This document shows positions 26,265-44,602 of a stretch of DNA of 64,000 nt, in pieces. The stretch's first letter is position 1. Every line of letters begins with the position of its first letter. The notes beneath the pieces were generated by a model. The model ran no database searches. It was not told where the DNA came from and saw only the letters and a program-made list of their open reading frames with translations. Position numbers and translations under genes: made by a program. Source of the DNA: Eledone cirrhosa (lineage: Eukaryota); contig OZ024741.1 in assembly GCA_964016885.1 (NCBI GenBank), positions 270,506,001 to 270,570,000 on the forward strand, read 5' to 3'.

Positions 26265-26578
26265 GAAGAGCAAATATTCATTATTAGTACAGATTAAAGT
26301 TTAAGCAAAGTATTGCTGCTTTCACCCTATTACGGGATCTTCTGATGATACTGTAATAGGGTGAAAGCTTAATTTGTACTATTAATAATTGTTTCTACTT
26401 TTGGCACAAGGCCAGCAATTACCCAGTGTATTACTGGTACTTTATTTTATCGACCTCATAAGGATGAAAGGCAAAGTTAACCTCGGCGGGATTTGAACTA
26501 TGCGTCAAAGCATGGAGTCCAACCCTCTACTGATACTGCCAATCCACCGCCCTTTATTAATAATAATAATATATATAT

Positions 26579-26627
<49 letters not shown>

Positions 26628-27065
26628 TAAAAGGCACAAAGTCTCAGATTCAGAGTGAAAGAAACAGGATTTTGCTGATGAAGGAGCCCCACTATGGAGT
26701 CACTCACCTAGCTAGAAATAGCAGCCAAATCATATCCTATTATCTTTTAAAACCGACAGGAGTGTCACGAGTTGGACCACCTTTGACCATAGGCCTGCTG
26801 TATCAGAGCCAACCTACAGCTAAACATGAACAGGATATTGTGGCATTCAACATTCTTGTTTTTCCCTGACCGACCGGCAGTGAAAAGCACTGGAATCGTG
26901 CTGACCCACGACACAGCTTGCTTGTGGGAATTATTTTACTGTTCCCAACTAGTTGGCTTGTAGCTATAATAAGAATGGCAATAGCAATGGTATTCTGCTC
27001 ATAAAAATAAAAGTTCTAACAGGTCACAAGAGCCAGCCTTGTCTTATGTGAAGTTAATGCTTTAA

Positions 27066-27258
27066 CCCTTTATCCTTTAAACTGGCCATATTGACCAGAA
27101 CTCTCACCTCTTTCTGTTCAAACCAGCTGCTCGTACTTATTTTAAAGTATTGTTCTCAAAATAAATATCAAAATCTTGTAGATTCGATATTATGTGAGAT
27201 AAAGTGTTTACTGTGAAAATACAATAGTATATATAAGAGTAATGTAAATGCTAAAGGG
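27066..27258. mobile_element. piggyBac-type MITE, opposite orientation
   Basis: TTAA|CCCTTTA...ATGCTAAAGGG|TTAA. Confidence 0.85.
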
Positions 27259-27846
27259 TTAAACAATTGAATCCCTTCCTCTCTGTCAACCAACCCATAG
27301 CACTTATTACACAAAAACTAGCAAAATACAATTTTAGAATCAAGAAATATAATTCTATATGCTTTTTATGTTTTGGTTGGATAACATCCATGAGCTTGGC
27401 TGGTCTCACTTGGGGATCCAGCTGGATTAGTTAGAGAAGTTGCTTTTGACAGGACCTACTGGAAGGAGTGTTTGAGGGCTCTATCCCTATGACCTTCTCA
27501 GGAATAAGTGGTCGAAGAAGGCACAGAAGAAGCCACCACCACCCCTCCAATACTTCTACTACCAGCAGGGCTGTGATGAATGGTATGAGAGAGGAAGGAC
27601 TATGCAACTGGACAGCTAACCTATCATTACATTGGTTATTAAATGGCCAGATAAAATGTCTTAATAGCTGATTCCTTGCATAATTATGAATCCCGAGACT
27701 TAAAAAGGTGCATGTTTGTGTGTAGATGGGAGTTTGTGACATTTACGCCTTTCCAATAAGCGTTAATGGTTAGAAATGATATGAAATATGTCTGGGTTTA
27801 CAGATTAAGCTCTACTGAAGATTGCTTCTCCATGAGACCTGCCAAA

Positions 27847-27879
<33 letters not shown>

Positions 27880-28884
27880 TTACATGCAGAAATGCTCATT
27901 TGTACCGTCCTGTACTGTTCCGTAATGTTATACTTTCTGTCAACCCTTGTGGTTAATAAAGAAATCATTATTATTATAATTAAAATAATGATGATGATGA
28001 TAATGATGTCTTCCTTAGGTACATGACACATTTTGTAGGTAGATGATATAGTGATATAGTTAATTCAATTGACCTTAGTATATAACTGGTATTATTTTAC
28101 AGACCTCAACAGTGGACAGAAGAAAAAGAGAGGAGGGAGAGAAAGGAGTGAGAGAAAGGAGTGAGAGAAAGGAGTGAGAGAAAGGAGTGAGAGATAAGAG
28201 AGAGGGAGAGAGAGAGAGAGAAAATAAAAGACAAAGTGGAAATGCAGCAGTGATATCGTCAGCACTTTATCATCTCATAACCTGAATAATAATAATAATT
28301 GTTTCTACTTTAGGCACAAGGCCAGCAATTTTGGATGAGGGCAAAGTCGATTAAATTAAGCCCAGTGTGTGACTGGTACTTTATTTTATCGACCACATAA
28401 GGATGAAAGAGAAAGTTAACCTCGGTGGGATTTGAACCTAGACTGTAAAGGGCCGTAACTCTATGCTGTAAAGCATGGCACCGTCCCTCTACCAATACTG
28501 CCAATCCACCATAATAATAATTTAAACATTTTTTTTTAAATACTGATTTCTAACAGAGGGACAAAGCCACACATTTGGAAGCTTGGAACAATCAATTAAA
28601 TCAACCCAAGAGTATTACTGGCACTTTCTTTATTCAATTCCTCAACCTTTCTCCCTCCCACCACATACACACACACATCCAGGACAAAAGGCAAAGTCAA
28701 TCCTGACATTTAAAACATGCAACATAAAAGAATATAACTTAATACTGCAAGACATTTTGCCTGGTGCCCTACTGATTCTGTCACTCATCTTTGATGATAA
28801 TAATATCAAGCAAGTGTAATTAACTTTCAGATATTTTCTAGTTTTTCATTCCTCTTATATGATTTATTGGTTTGAGTTTCTAGT

Positions 28885-35570
<6,686 letters not shown>

Positions 35571-35645
35571 TATTGCACACACACATACTTGCAAACACAC
35601 ACAACACATGCATGCACTCACATATAATGTGTAATGTATTAGAAA

Positions 35646-38600
35646 TCAAGAACGAGGCCATCTAGAGTGGCATTTAATATGGTTGGTGAAGTCATCTACA
35701 GTCTGAAATGTAAGGCCACAGCATTCAAATGTGAATTTGGTGTTGGAGCCATCATCTGTCTCCGAGGAATTGTCTTCGGCTGCGGACAGCTGATCTTGGC
35801 TTTCTAACACTGTATCCGATCTACTACTACTACTACTACCTGGTCCAACACTCGTGTGTTGCTCCATGTACTTTTTCAGGTGGTTGTGTTTTGCTGGGGA
35901 TTTTCTCTTGGAATGTTTGCTGCTGGTGTTGTTTCTGTATGTCCGTGAAGATTTGCAAATGACTAAGTGTTCTGATATTGGGCCGTCGATTTTTTCTCCG
36001 CAGTTGTAACATTTGAGAATGTCAATCTGTTTTGCATGGCTTTTACGGTGATCCACTAGCAAAGGTATGCCGAGAAAAGGTTTGCCGCAAATATCACAGG
36101 CAAACACAGCACGAGGTTTGCTGACAGAATCTCCTCCAACCCTCTGCTGTTGCCGTTGTAAGACACCTGGCATTTTTAACTTGGGGGCTTTATTTGCAGG
36201 AAGGGACTCATGAAGAAGCAAATTTGGTTTATCTTTATGTAGAGGACAACGAGTTAAATGGATTCCTAAGTCATTCACAGATTCACACACTTTCCTACAA
36301 CATCTGCAGTGCAAGGTTGCCGTAAAAGACTCAGTGTGGCACTGACGATGGAGCAGCCCTTCTTTAATGGAAGGAAGTTTCTTGCCACAAAAATCACATA
36401 TAAATAAACCTTTTGTTTGGCTTTTGTTTGGAGAAACAAGTTTTGGACTAGAACCACTTAAACTCTTTCTATTTGTAAATTCTCCTTCACTGCTTATTCC
36501 AGACACAGAAGGAGCACCACTTGAGATACATGTTAGCAAGTGTTCTGCCATACAGCCTGGTTGGACAAAAACAGCCGAACATAGACGGCATTTGTATGGC
36601 ATTTCATTAGTATGGCCTCTTCGGTGACGCATTATCCAGTTGCTACCTGCAAATGTCTTTCGGCAGAAATCACAGTGAAAAAGCCTCTGGAGTTTTTGTC
36701 GGTCTGCAAACACAAACCGGCGCCAGGAATGTGCTGTACCATTTCTAATTATCATTGGAGGTGATGTTACTGTTTTACTATTGGTTCTTGGAGATTCATA
36801 ACCTGTACGCCGACTCATACAACAAGAAGCCAAATGGTCTGCAAACACACCAGATCGATAAAAAACAGTATCACATCGGCGGCATCTAAATATTCCTTCC
36901 TCTTGCACATGATCTTTGCGATGTTTCATTAATCTTAAGCTATGACCAAATCTTTGACTGCAAAAATCACATTTGTACATCTTATCGGAATTATGCTGTC
37001 TAAGAGAACCTTCAGGACTGCCATCTTTTGTCTGTAAACGGCACCAGCTGAGATGTTGGGCTAGTTCTTGTGAAGTAGGTAAGATTCGCCTGCAGTTACG
37101 GCACCAAAGACTAGTATCATTAATGTGTGTTTTTCGGTGTTTTATGAGACTACTTGCAACAGCAAATGCTTCTTCACAGAAGTCACACCGAAATTTAGAC
37201 TTTTTACATATCAAATTGAGACTCTCTGCAAATTTCTCCAGTGAACTGCCAAACTCACTGTCATCAGAACTATGAGCATCATTTCCCTTTTCATCACTTT
37301 TTTCAACATTTTCTACAGTTTGAGAAGTGCCTAAATCAAAATTCTGCTTAATTTCTTCTCCAAATGGAGACTGGTTTTCCATCCCACGACTTCCTTCCTG
37401 TTCTGTATGTTCACACTTTGTTTGGAATGGTGAAATATTCTGATAATTTTTAAGAAAAACTGCATTATTTTTTACTGAGGTGCAATCAGAAAGAGACATC
37501 TCTGCTTGGATAGAAGTCTTTGGTATTAGTGGTGAGTTAAAAGCTTCAGTAGACAACATATTGTCTTTTAAGTCATGTCTATTTTCATTGTATATATTCT
37601 GTTGATTTCCAGAGTCTGAACTAGTTGGGAAATTTTCACAACTTTCCTGTATAACCAATTTGCTCTTTTTGTAAGGTTGCTGAAGCAACGCTGCTTCATT
37701 TGACTGGTTAAAGTAACCTTTATAGTCAAATGAACTCTTCCGTTTTTCATTGGTAAGTTGCATTGGTGAGACAGAGGGGGAGAAAGATTTCAAATCAGGT
37801 GATTGGTTGTTACTGCTGCTGCTTGGCCCCACCCTACTGGACGGAAATCTGTTACTTACAGTCTCTGATGTGTTGTTCAGTTGATTTAAAGAAGGCAAAA
37901 GGTGAAGTTGGCTTTTAGCAGCCACATTATCATACTTGTTTAACTTTACATGGGGTTTTGATTCTTCACTCGGAGAATTCCCTGTGTCCTTATGACAGCT
38001 GTTAGGAGGGCTGCCTCTCTGTTGGTTTATCTTCCAAGGACGATGTATCTGTTGAGTGCATAAACGACACTTTTTCTTTCCATCCTCCACAATAGTTAGT
38101 TGCCTACCGGGGAAATGTAGGCCGCAGTAATCACAAAGTGGAAATGTATTTAGAAAACGTTTACATTCAGCTGACCGTCCAGTGGAATGCGGTTTCGAAG
38201 CTGCTAAAGCTTCAGCGTTCATCAGTGCTCTTTTCGCTATCTTATAGTCTTTCTTTGTTGGCCGTCTGCAATTTGTTAAGTGTGATGCCATTTGATGTGA
38301 GTGTGCAAAGCCTTCACCACAGACACGGCATTCAAAAATCGTTTCTTGTGTGTGCATTTTCCTGTGACGAACAATCCAGTTGTTACTACCAAAATCTTTG
38401 CCACAAAAGTCACAAGTATAAATAATTTTATTTTCCTGGTGACTTTCCATTGTTGATGTTTCAGAAATTTTGTTTCCAAGAATAAATCCCATGTGTTTGT
38501 TCTGGGGTCGATTTTGGCTCTCATTGGAATTTTCACAAGAGGGAAACTGGTTTGAATTAGAACTGTTAGGCAACTGTGAATTTCCTTTTGTTGATGAATG

Positions 38601-41600
38601 TTTACAGACGATTAGATGCACAGCCATTTCATGTGATATGTCGAACGAGCCTCCACAATTACGACAGATGTAACGTGATTCTTTTGTGTGTAACCGTCGA
38701 TGTCGCATCACCCAGTTGTTACTAGCAAATGCCTGCCCACAAAAATCACAGTGAAATATTTTAGAATTTACCGGCTGGTTCCACTGCTTCATAACAGAAG
38801 TGGTCACATTTTTTCTGTGTTCATTACTATTGCTTGTAGAGGTAGAGTTGCCATCATCTGCACTACATATGTCTTTCTGTACATTTACAGAAGATTCAGT
38901 TAGTGACTTTTCTTCAGCATTTTCCTTTGGCTTCTTTTCACTAGTGACGCTGCTACTCGGCTTTTTAATAGATAAGTTGAGCGGTCGCATTGAAGCATCA
39001 TATGGCATACAACTCGAGGAATTAATCTCCATATGGATATACTGATGTTGCACCATTTCACTTTCTGATGCAAATGCTTGACTGCAGAAGTTGCAGCGAA
39101 ACAGATCTAATGGATTTTTAATCATGCTAGCATCTTGTTTGAATTGTTGGGTCTTTGGTACCAATTCTCTAGGACTGGATAGATTGTAGTAATGTTTGCT
39201 ATTGTTACTATTCTTGCAGTTAACCCATGGACAGTGACTAAGATGTTTGGCCATACTTCCAGGGCTGCTAGCCACATATCCACATATCCTACATAAGTAT
39301 TTCTTCTCTGAAGTGTGGAACCTACGATGACGCATTATCCAATTGCTGCCACCATATTCCTTCAGACAGAAATCACACCGATATTGTTTTGTTTCAAATG
39401 ATGAAGAAGAATAAGGTTTTTTTGCTGATGGAGAACATGAGTGAGTCAAATGCATCGCCAAATCATTTAGATTCATAGACAACTTACCACACCTACGGCA
39501 ACTCATCGATAGTGTATGGTTGCAACGATGTCTAAGCAAAGCACTGGCATTTGGAAAGCCTTCAGAGCAGTAGTCACACTTGTAACAACCTTTGGAAGTG
39601 AAAGTATTCAGAGATACTTTAGGAGTTGGTGACGATTCAATCAAAGTACTATTGTTAATGGTAGAGGAGTTGGTAATCCAAGAATCTTTAGTTTCTTTTG
39701 GGATAGCTTGTTTTAAACTCTCTGAAAATCTAGCTTTTTCCTTTTCCTTTTCCTTCGATAAACTCAGATCTTCAGCAAGGTTTTTTGACATGGAATAGTT
39801 ATAAGGTTGTAAACATTTCTGTGGACAGTGTTGCAAATGGTTTGCTAACTCGTATTGTTTCTCTAAAATGGTTGCACAGTCAGGACACTGATAAGGCAGA
39901 TAGCCATCTGGATGGGACTTCCTATGCTGTAACAATATCGATGGTAGTAGAAAGGTTTCGGGGCAGAAATCACACTGCAGCACACGTGCAGTTAGTTGTG
40001 GAGATGGAGGCAGAGGAGGAGGAGGAGGAGGAGGAGGAGGAAGAGGAGGAGAGGAAGGAATATGTGGAGAAGGAGGAGGTGAAGGAGAATAAGGAGTTGA
40101 AGGAGAATAAGGAGGAGAAGGAGAATAAGGAGGAGAAGGCGAATGAGGAGGAGAAGGCGAATGAGGAGGAGAAGGTGAATGAGGAGGAGAAGGTGAATGA
40201 GGAGGAGGAGGCGAATGAGGAGGAGGAGGCGAATGAGGAGGAGGAGGCGAATGAGGAGGAAGAGGAGAAGTTTGATGATCAGGTTCAATGTTCAATAAAT
40301 TGCAATCAGTTGTGGTATCTTTGTCAACAGCCAGTATTTCGTTATTGAAGCGAGTCGGGGAAGATATGGGAAGGGCGCTAGTGCTGGAAGTGGTTGTTAA
40401 AACTGCTGTCTCTGAAGCAGATGTGCTGCTGCTGCTGGGAATGCTGAAGACAATGTTGTTGTTGATTGTTTTTTGATTGTGGAAGACTTTAATATCATTT
40501 TGGGCAGAGTTTTCACTGAGTTTCACCAAATTTCGAGAATTTTCTATGGTTGCCTCACTGAAAGGCATTTTTTCTTTTTGTTGATTTTCGTAAATAACTT
40601 TGCTTTGAGGCACTTCTGTGTTTATATGAATGGGGTCCCCCAAAATTATGACTGATTTTTGCCATAATGCCGGATTGGTAGCATCAGAAACATTAGAAGC
40701 TGAAGATGTGACAGTAGATGTTGCATTAGGGATTTGGTTTAAAACGCTTTGTTCCAAATTTTTAATTGTCATGGTTGGTGTATTTAATATGAAAGTTGGC
40801 GATTCAGTTGGGAGATGACATGAACCAAGGTGTTTACTGATCTCAACTGATCTTGCAAAGACTTGGTGACAGTTCTGGCAAATGTAAGAATCACCATTAG
40901 AGTGGCTCCGTCGATGTCGCATCACCCATCGAGCACTGGCATATGTTTGGCCACACAGGTCACAACAGAAAACCGAAGTGTTTTCATCATCTCGAATGAA
41001 TGTTTCAGGTGAACTTGGCTTATGGCTGTAAGATGATGATTCTGAGAACAACTGCAAAGAACTGATTCGAGGACAAACAGAAAGATGCTTACCAAGGTCA
41101 GCAGACCGAGAAAACTGCCCACAACAACGTTGACAAGTAAGGTTCTCTTTAGTGAAATGCTGTTTGCGATGGCGTATAACCCAGCGGGCATTAGCAAAGC
41201 TTTGGGGACAGTAGTCACAGTGGAAATTGCTTTCCCACACCTGTTTGTTTTCACCTGTTGTTACCATCTGATTTTGGTCAGTAGTAGTAGTTGTTGTTGT
41301 TGTTGTGGCGGAAGCAGTGGTAGTGGTGGTTACTGTTGCATCTGTTTTAATAGTTGCACTGCTTTCATCAGAGTCTGCTGAGTTACACAAAATTGCAATG
41401 TCTGGAATATTAGCACTTTCACACAAAATTACATCATCTGGACGATTATCACTTTCACACACAATTGCAACATCTGGAGTATTATCACTTCCACACACAA
41501 TAGAAACATCTGGAACATTATTATTTTCATATAAAGTCACACCATTTGCAGCATTATCACTTTTACACACAGTTGTTTTATCTGGAGCATTATCATTTTC

Positions 41601-43757
41601 ACAAATACTGACATCATCTGGAGCATTATCACTTTCACATACATTTGTTGCATCTGGAATATTATCAGTTTTTCTCTTGATTGTACAACCAGTCCCAAGA
41701 TGTTTACCAAGCTCTACAGATTTTTCAAAGGACTTCGAACAGAACCGACAAACTGCATCAGAAGAATGAATTTTGCGGTGACGTATCACCCACCGTGCTG
41801 ATGCAAACATCTGCCAGCAATAATCACATTTGAAATTCCTTTCACGTTTCTTTCGGGTTTTGATTATGGCAGAGTCAGCCACAGAGGCATCTTGACAAGG
41901 CAAAGTTTCTTCAGTTGAAGGCTTTTTCTTGGGACTTCCTTTCTTAGACAAACCTACTTCTGGTTTTGCTTCATCAGATTTTAACTGTTTCGACTTTGAA
42001 GTGGTGCAGACTCCTAAATGTCGGCCAAATTCTGAAGATTTTTCATATACTTTGTTGCAAACTTGACACTCATACCTTGAAATATTTCTCGAATGCTCTC
42101 TACGATGACGCATAACCCACGACACCGACGCAAAAGAGAGAAAGCAGAAATCACACGTGTATATTTTTCCCTGACCCTTAGTGCCAGTGTCTTGTTTCGG
42201 CACTTTCTTTGGTGGCTTTTCTATGACTGTAGCTGGTTTACCAGAATGGCACTTAGATAAGTGATGACCAAGCTCGGAAGACCGAGTGAAAACATGTTTG
42301 CAGTTCTGGCATGTGAAAGATACTTCAGCATGATTTTTACGATGTCGCATGATCCAAGTGACAGATCCAAAATTCAAATTACAAACATCACATTGGAAAG
42401 TCTTTTTCTCAGTAGGTTCACCATTTTTACCGTCAACAGAATCTGTTTTACTTGGATTTTTAAGTTTTTTACCCAGTTTGGCACTCTTTAACTTTTTTAG
42501 GGCAGATTTAATTACACCGCTGCCCTTTGTCTTCGTTTTAAAACCAACACGTCCCGTTTTCTTTGTCACACCTTCTGGTTGTTTTGCATCTGTAATCGTT
42601 ACATCTGTATTTTCCTCATCAGACACTACAATATCAATGTTAATTATCGTAGCATTGTCTACACTAGATTTACTAACATCACATTTCTTCTGTGTTGGAA
42701 TAGTTACCTCAACAACAGCGCAGTCATCATCGTCGTCATCATCATCAACATTGACAGCGATATTGACATTCTTATTCTTATATCCAGTAACAGACACCTC
42801 ATTGTTGACATTAAGCCCTTCACACCGAAGAACGGTGACCTCCTCATTTTCTGACTCAACGTCACTAATCTCTACACTGTGCTCCATGCAGTTCTGCTGC
42901 TGTTTCATCATATAGTGCTCGTCCCGAACAGCCACACCAGGCATTTCATCAGACAAGGTGTCCAATAGTGGCCTAAATGTGTCTTTTGTGCTAGCCTTAT
43001 CCATTCCACAGTCCAGTCTATCAACTCCTAATTCAGATGCAACAGTCTCCAAAATACAGTCACAACTTGGACAGATCACTTGAGCTGATTCTGTTACATG
43101 GCACTGACCCAGATTAAAGGTGTAGCGGCATGCTTCACATTGATACATACCTTCCGACAGCTGACTCTCAACTTGAGAAGATACAGGCTTCTCTTTATCT
43201 GTTGTGACAGGATTTTTTAGTTCAGATGACACATCACTACTACTGATTGTATTTAGTGGGGTTTCAGCATCTAAGGACTTTGGTATGGGATTATCTTTAT
43301 TGGATTTACTGCACTCGTCTTCTTCCATACATGTTGAGGCTGTATCAGTTTGCTCTGAATCAGAAGTGCACTGTGGTTGTGCAAGGTGACTGCCCAGGTA
43401 AGTGCTATCAGGAAAGCTCTGCCCACAACAGTTGCAATTTAAACTGCACACGCCAGATATGTGCAAATTCAGCCGATGCTCCATAGTCAGTGACAAATTT
43501 GAAAAAGTGTTTGTACAGAAGTCACAACGAAAGACTTTTTTCAGTCTTTTCTTTTTCTTTTTCTGCGGCTGTTTATGTCGAAGGCTCCGCCTACGCGAGT
43601 GGGAACGTATGTGTTCAGATATATTTGCCAAGCCCCCAATGAACCTGGAACAAGTCAAGCAACGATAGACTTTGCCTCCGGGAGTAGACCATCGATGGAT
43701 GTTTATTTCATACAACGTTGCAAATGTTTCTGAGCACAAATGACAAGTCTGGTTTAT
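35646..43757 (-). CDS. Giant multi-zinc-finger protein, last coding exon (8112 nt)
   Basis: Stop-free frame of 2703 codons. Acceptor TTCTTTTCATTTCACCAG| at 43760-43758, phase 0. Repeated C2H2 (CDFC...RHR..H) + C2HC (C..C...HL..C) pairs and a PLNLS motif. Stop TGA at 35648-35646. Confidence 0.93.
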   Translation of the reverse strand: MNQTCHLCSETFATLYEINIHRWSTPGGKVYRCLTCSRFIGGLANISEHIRSHSRRRSLRHKQPQKKKKKRLKKVFRCDFCTNTFSNLSLTMEHRLNLHISGVCSLNCNCCGQSFPDSTYLGSHLAQPQCTSDSEQTDTASTCMEEDECSKSNKDNPIPKSLDAETPLNTISSSDVSSELKNPVTTDKEKPVSSQVESQLSEGMYQCEACRYTFNLGQCHVTESAQVICPSCDCILETVASELGVDRLDCGMDKASTKDTFRPLLDTLSDEMPGVAVRDEHYMMKQQQNCMEHSVEISDVESENEEVTVLRCEGLNVNNEVSVTGYKNKNVNIAVNVDDDDDDDDCAVVEVTIPTQKKCDVSKSSVDNATIINIDIVVSDEENTDVTITDAKQPEGVTKKTGRVGFKTKTKGSGVIKSALKKLKSAKLGKKLKNPSKTDSVDGKNGEPTEKKTFQCDVCNLNFGSVTWIMRHRKNHAEVSFTCQNCKHVFTRSSELGHHLSKCHSGKPATVIEKPPKKVPKQDTGTKGQGKIYTCDFCFLSFASVSWVMRHRREHSRNISRYECQVCNKVYEKSSEFGRHLGVCTTSKSKQLKSDEAKPEVGLSKKGSPKKKPSTEETLPCQDASVADSAIIKTRKKRERNFKCDYCWQMFASARWVIRHRKIHSSDAVCRFCSKSFEKSVELGKHLGTGCTIKRKTDNIPDATNVCESDNAPDDVSICENDNAPDKTTVCKSDNAANGVTLYENNNVPDVSIVCGSDNTPDVAIVCESDNRPDDVILCESANIPDIAILCNSADSDESSATIKTDATVTTTTTASATTTTTTTTTDQNQMVTTGENKQVWESNFHCDYCPQSFANARWVIRHRKQHFTKENLTCQRCCGQFSRSADLGKHLSVCPRISSLQLFSESSSYSHKPSSPETFIRDDENTSVFCCDLCGQTYASARWVMRHRRSHSNGDSYICQNCHQVFARSVEISKHLGSCHLPTESPTFILNTPTMTIKNLEQSVLNQIPNATSTVTSSASNVSDATNPALWQKSVIILGDPIHINTEVPQSKVIYENQQKEKMPFSEATIENSRNLVKLSENSAQNDIKVFHNQKTINNNIVFSIPSSSSTSASETAVLTTTSSTSALPISSPTRFNNEILAVDKDTTTDCNLLNIEPDHQTSPLPPHSPPPPHSPPPPHSPPPPHSPSPPHSPSPPHSPSPPHSPSPPYSPSPPYSPSTPYSPSPPPSPHIPSSPPLPPPPPPPPPLPPSPQLTARVLQCDFCPETFLLPSILLQHRKSHPDGYLPYQCPDCATILEKQYELANHLQHCPQKCLQPYNYSMSKNLAEDLSLSKEKEKEKARFSESLKQAIPKETKDSWITNSSTINNSTLIESSPTPKVSLNTFTSKGCYKCDYCSEGFPNASALLRHRCNHTLSMSCRRCGKLSMNLNDLAMHLTHSCSPSAKKPYSSSSFETKQYRCDFCLKEYGGSNWIMRHRRFHTSEKKYLCRICGYVASSPGSMAKHLSHCPWVNCKNSNNSKHYYNLSSPRELVPKTQQFKQDASMIKNPLDLFRCNFCSQAFASESEMVQHQYIHMEINSSSCMPYDASMRPLNLSIKKPSSSVTSEKKPKENAEEKSLTESSVNVQKDICSADDGNSTSTSNSNEHRKNVTTSVMKQWNQPVNSKIFHCDFCGQAFASNNWVMRHRRLHTKESRYICRNCGGSFDISHEMAVHLIVCKHSSTKGNSQLPNSSNSNQFPSCENSNESQNRPQNKHMGFILGNKISETSTMESHQENKIIYTCDFCGKDFGSNNWIVRHRKMHTQETIFECRVCGEGFAHSHQMASHLTNCRRPTKKDYKIAKRALMNAEALAASKPHSTGRSAECKRFLNTFPLCDYCGLHFPGRQLTIVEDGKKKCRLCTQQIHRPWKINQQRGSPPNSCHKDTGNSPSEESKPHVKLNKYDNVAAKSQLHLLPSLNQLNNTSETVSNRFPSSRVGPSSSSNNQSPDLKSFSPSVSPMQLTNEKRKSSFDYKGYFNQSNEAALLQQPYKKSKLVIQESCENFPTSSDSGNQQNIYNENRHDLKDNMLSTEAFNSPLIPKTSIQAEMSLSDCTSVKNNAVFLKNYQNISPFQTKCEHTEQEGSRGMENQSPFGEEIKQNFDLGTSQTVENVEKSDEKGNDAHSSDDSEFGSSLEKFAESLNLICKKSKFRCDFCEEAFAVASSLIKHRKTHINDTSLWCRNCRRILPTSQELAQHLSWCRLQTKDGSPEGSLRQHNSDKMYKCDFCSQRFGHSLRLMKHRKDHVQEEGIFRCRRCDTVFYRSGVFADHLASCCMSRRTGYESPRTNSKTVTSPPMIIRNGTAHSWRRFVFADRQKLQRLFHCDFCRKTFAGSNWIMRHRRGHTNEMPYKCRLCSAVFVQPGCMAEHLLTCISSGAPSVSGISSEGEFTNRKSLSGSSPKLVSPNKSQTKGLFICDFCGKKLPSIKEGLLHRQCHTESFTATLHCRCCRKVCESVNDLGIHLTRCPLHKDKPNLLLHESLPANKAPKLKMPGVLQRQQQRVGGDSVSKPRAVFACDICGKPFLGIPLLVDHRKSHAKQIDILKCYNCGEKIDGPISEHLVICKSSRTYRNNTSSKHSKRKSPAKHNHLKKYMEQHTSVGPGSSSSSRSDTVLESQDQLSAAEDNSSETDDGSNTKFTFECCGLTFQTVDDFTNHIKCHSRWPRS
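40010..40270 (-). repeat. Coding 18-bp minisatellite encoding (PPPHSP/PSPPHS)n and poly-Pro
   Basis: About 10 units of GGAGGAGGAGGCGAATGA-like sequence inside the CDS. Confidence 0.9.
41390..41670 (-). repeat. Coding 36-bp minisatellite (12-aa repeat CESDNxPDxxI)
   Basis: About 8 units: VCESDNAPDDVS, ICENDNAPDKTT, VCGSDNTPDVAI and similar. Confidence 0.85.
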
Positions 43758-43927
43758 CTGGTGAAATGAAAAGAAGATAAACATTAGATTTTAGGTGTCA
43801 TCAAGATTAAACTACAAACCTTTCAATGCTGTAAAATAAAATAAAAATAAGGGGCCTTTATTTTGCTACGTTTCACCTACATATTTACTTATCTCAATCA
43901 AGGCAAATACCAACAATTCGGATTTAA

Positions 43928-44133
43928 CCCTTTATCATTAAACTGGCCGTATCTGGCCAGATTTCTCTCAACTCTCTCTGTTCAAACCAGCCACTCATAC
44001 TTATGTTAAGGTATTGTTCTCAAAATAAATAATATTAAAATCTCATAGACCCAATATTATGTGAGATAATTATGTGAGGTAAAGCCTTTACTGACAAAAT
44101 ATAATATAATAGAGTAATGTAAATGGTAAACAG
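43928..44133. mobile_element. piggyBac-type MITE in the zinc-finger gene intron
   Basis: TTAA|CCCTTTA start; body matches 27066-27258; degenerate right end before TTAA. Confidence 0.75.
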
Positions 44134-44602
44134 TTAATATATAGCTTTACTTCACCTCAAAAAGGGAAAAAATACAACTACTTTGAACCATAAATACAAT
44201 GGTTGATTATAGTGTCCACAAATGAATATAGGGTTCAGTAAGGCTTCTGTGTTGTGCGAGGAGTCTATCTACTATGGGATATTCCCTTAAAAAGTGACAA
44301 ATTTGTAGTCAGACAGTTATATTGCCAGCAGAGATAGGAGTAAACCATTATCTGGCAGGCTGTATTGTAGTGCAGGTGATGTAGCATGCTGTGTTGTAGT
44401 GCAGGCTGTGTTGTAGTACAGGTGATGTGGCAGAGAATGACTAAGCCAAAATATCCCAGCTCTCTATCTTGCAATCCTTACTTAGCCGTCTAATTTTGCC
44501 ACCGTGGTTCTTGGATCTTCTACATGCCTAACTTATGTCTCCGAGGTCATAGGGCCCTGGTGGTTCTAACTTTCGGAAAATCACTGCCAATTTTTCCTCA
44601 CT

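Larger units (their letters stand above)
19975..28510 (-). mobile_element. Cluster of about 19 full or partial tRNA-derived SINE copies, all in the same orientation
   Basis: Repeated unit on the minus strand: GGGCGGTGGATTGGCAGTATCGGTAGA (A box)...GAGTTCAAATCCC (B box)...GCCTTTCATCCTTACGGGGTCGATAAAATAAAGTACCAG...GGCCTTGTGCC..AAGTAGAAAC(ATT)n. Examples at 19975-20160, 20855-21040, 24350-24540, 25118-25297, 26388-26553 and 28300-28510. Confidence 0.9.

Noticed and set aside
26341-26375. Plus-strand hammerhead CTGATGA...GAAAGCTT
   Set aside because: Stem II is poor and there is no convincing stem I; it is better explained as part of a local fold-back.
27590-27840. Possible conserved non-coding enhancer (TAAT-rich unique sequence)
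   Set aside because: Cannot be supported without a cross-species alignment.
39785-40348. Glu-rich plus-strand ORF and Leu-rich alternative-frame ORF
   Set aside because: Antisense or off-frame readings of the proline minisatellite in the real CDS.
43758-43784. ORF-track start MFIFFSFHQ for the 2712-aa ORF
   Set aside because: This is the polypyrimidine tract and CAG acceptor; a phase-compatible upstream exon supplies the start.
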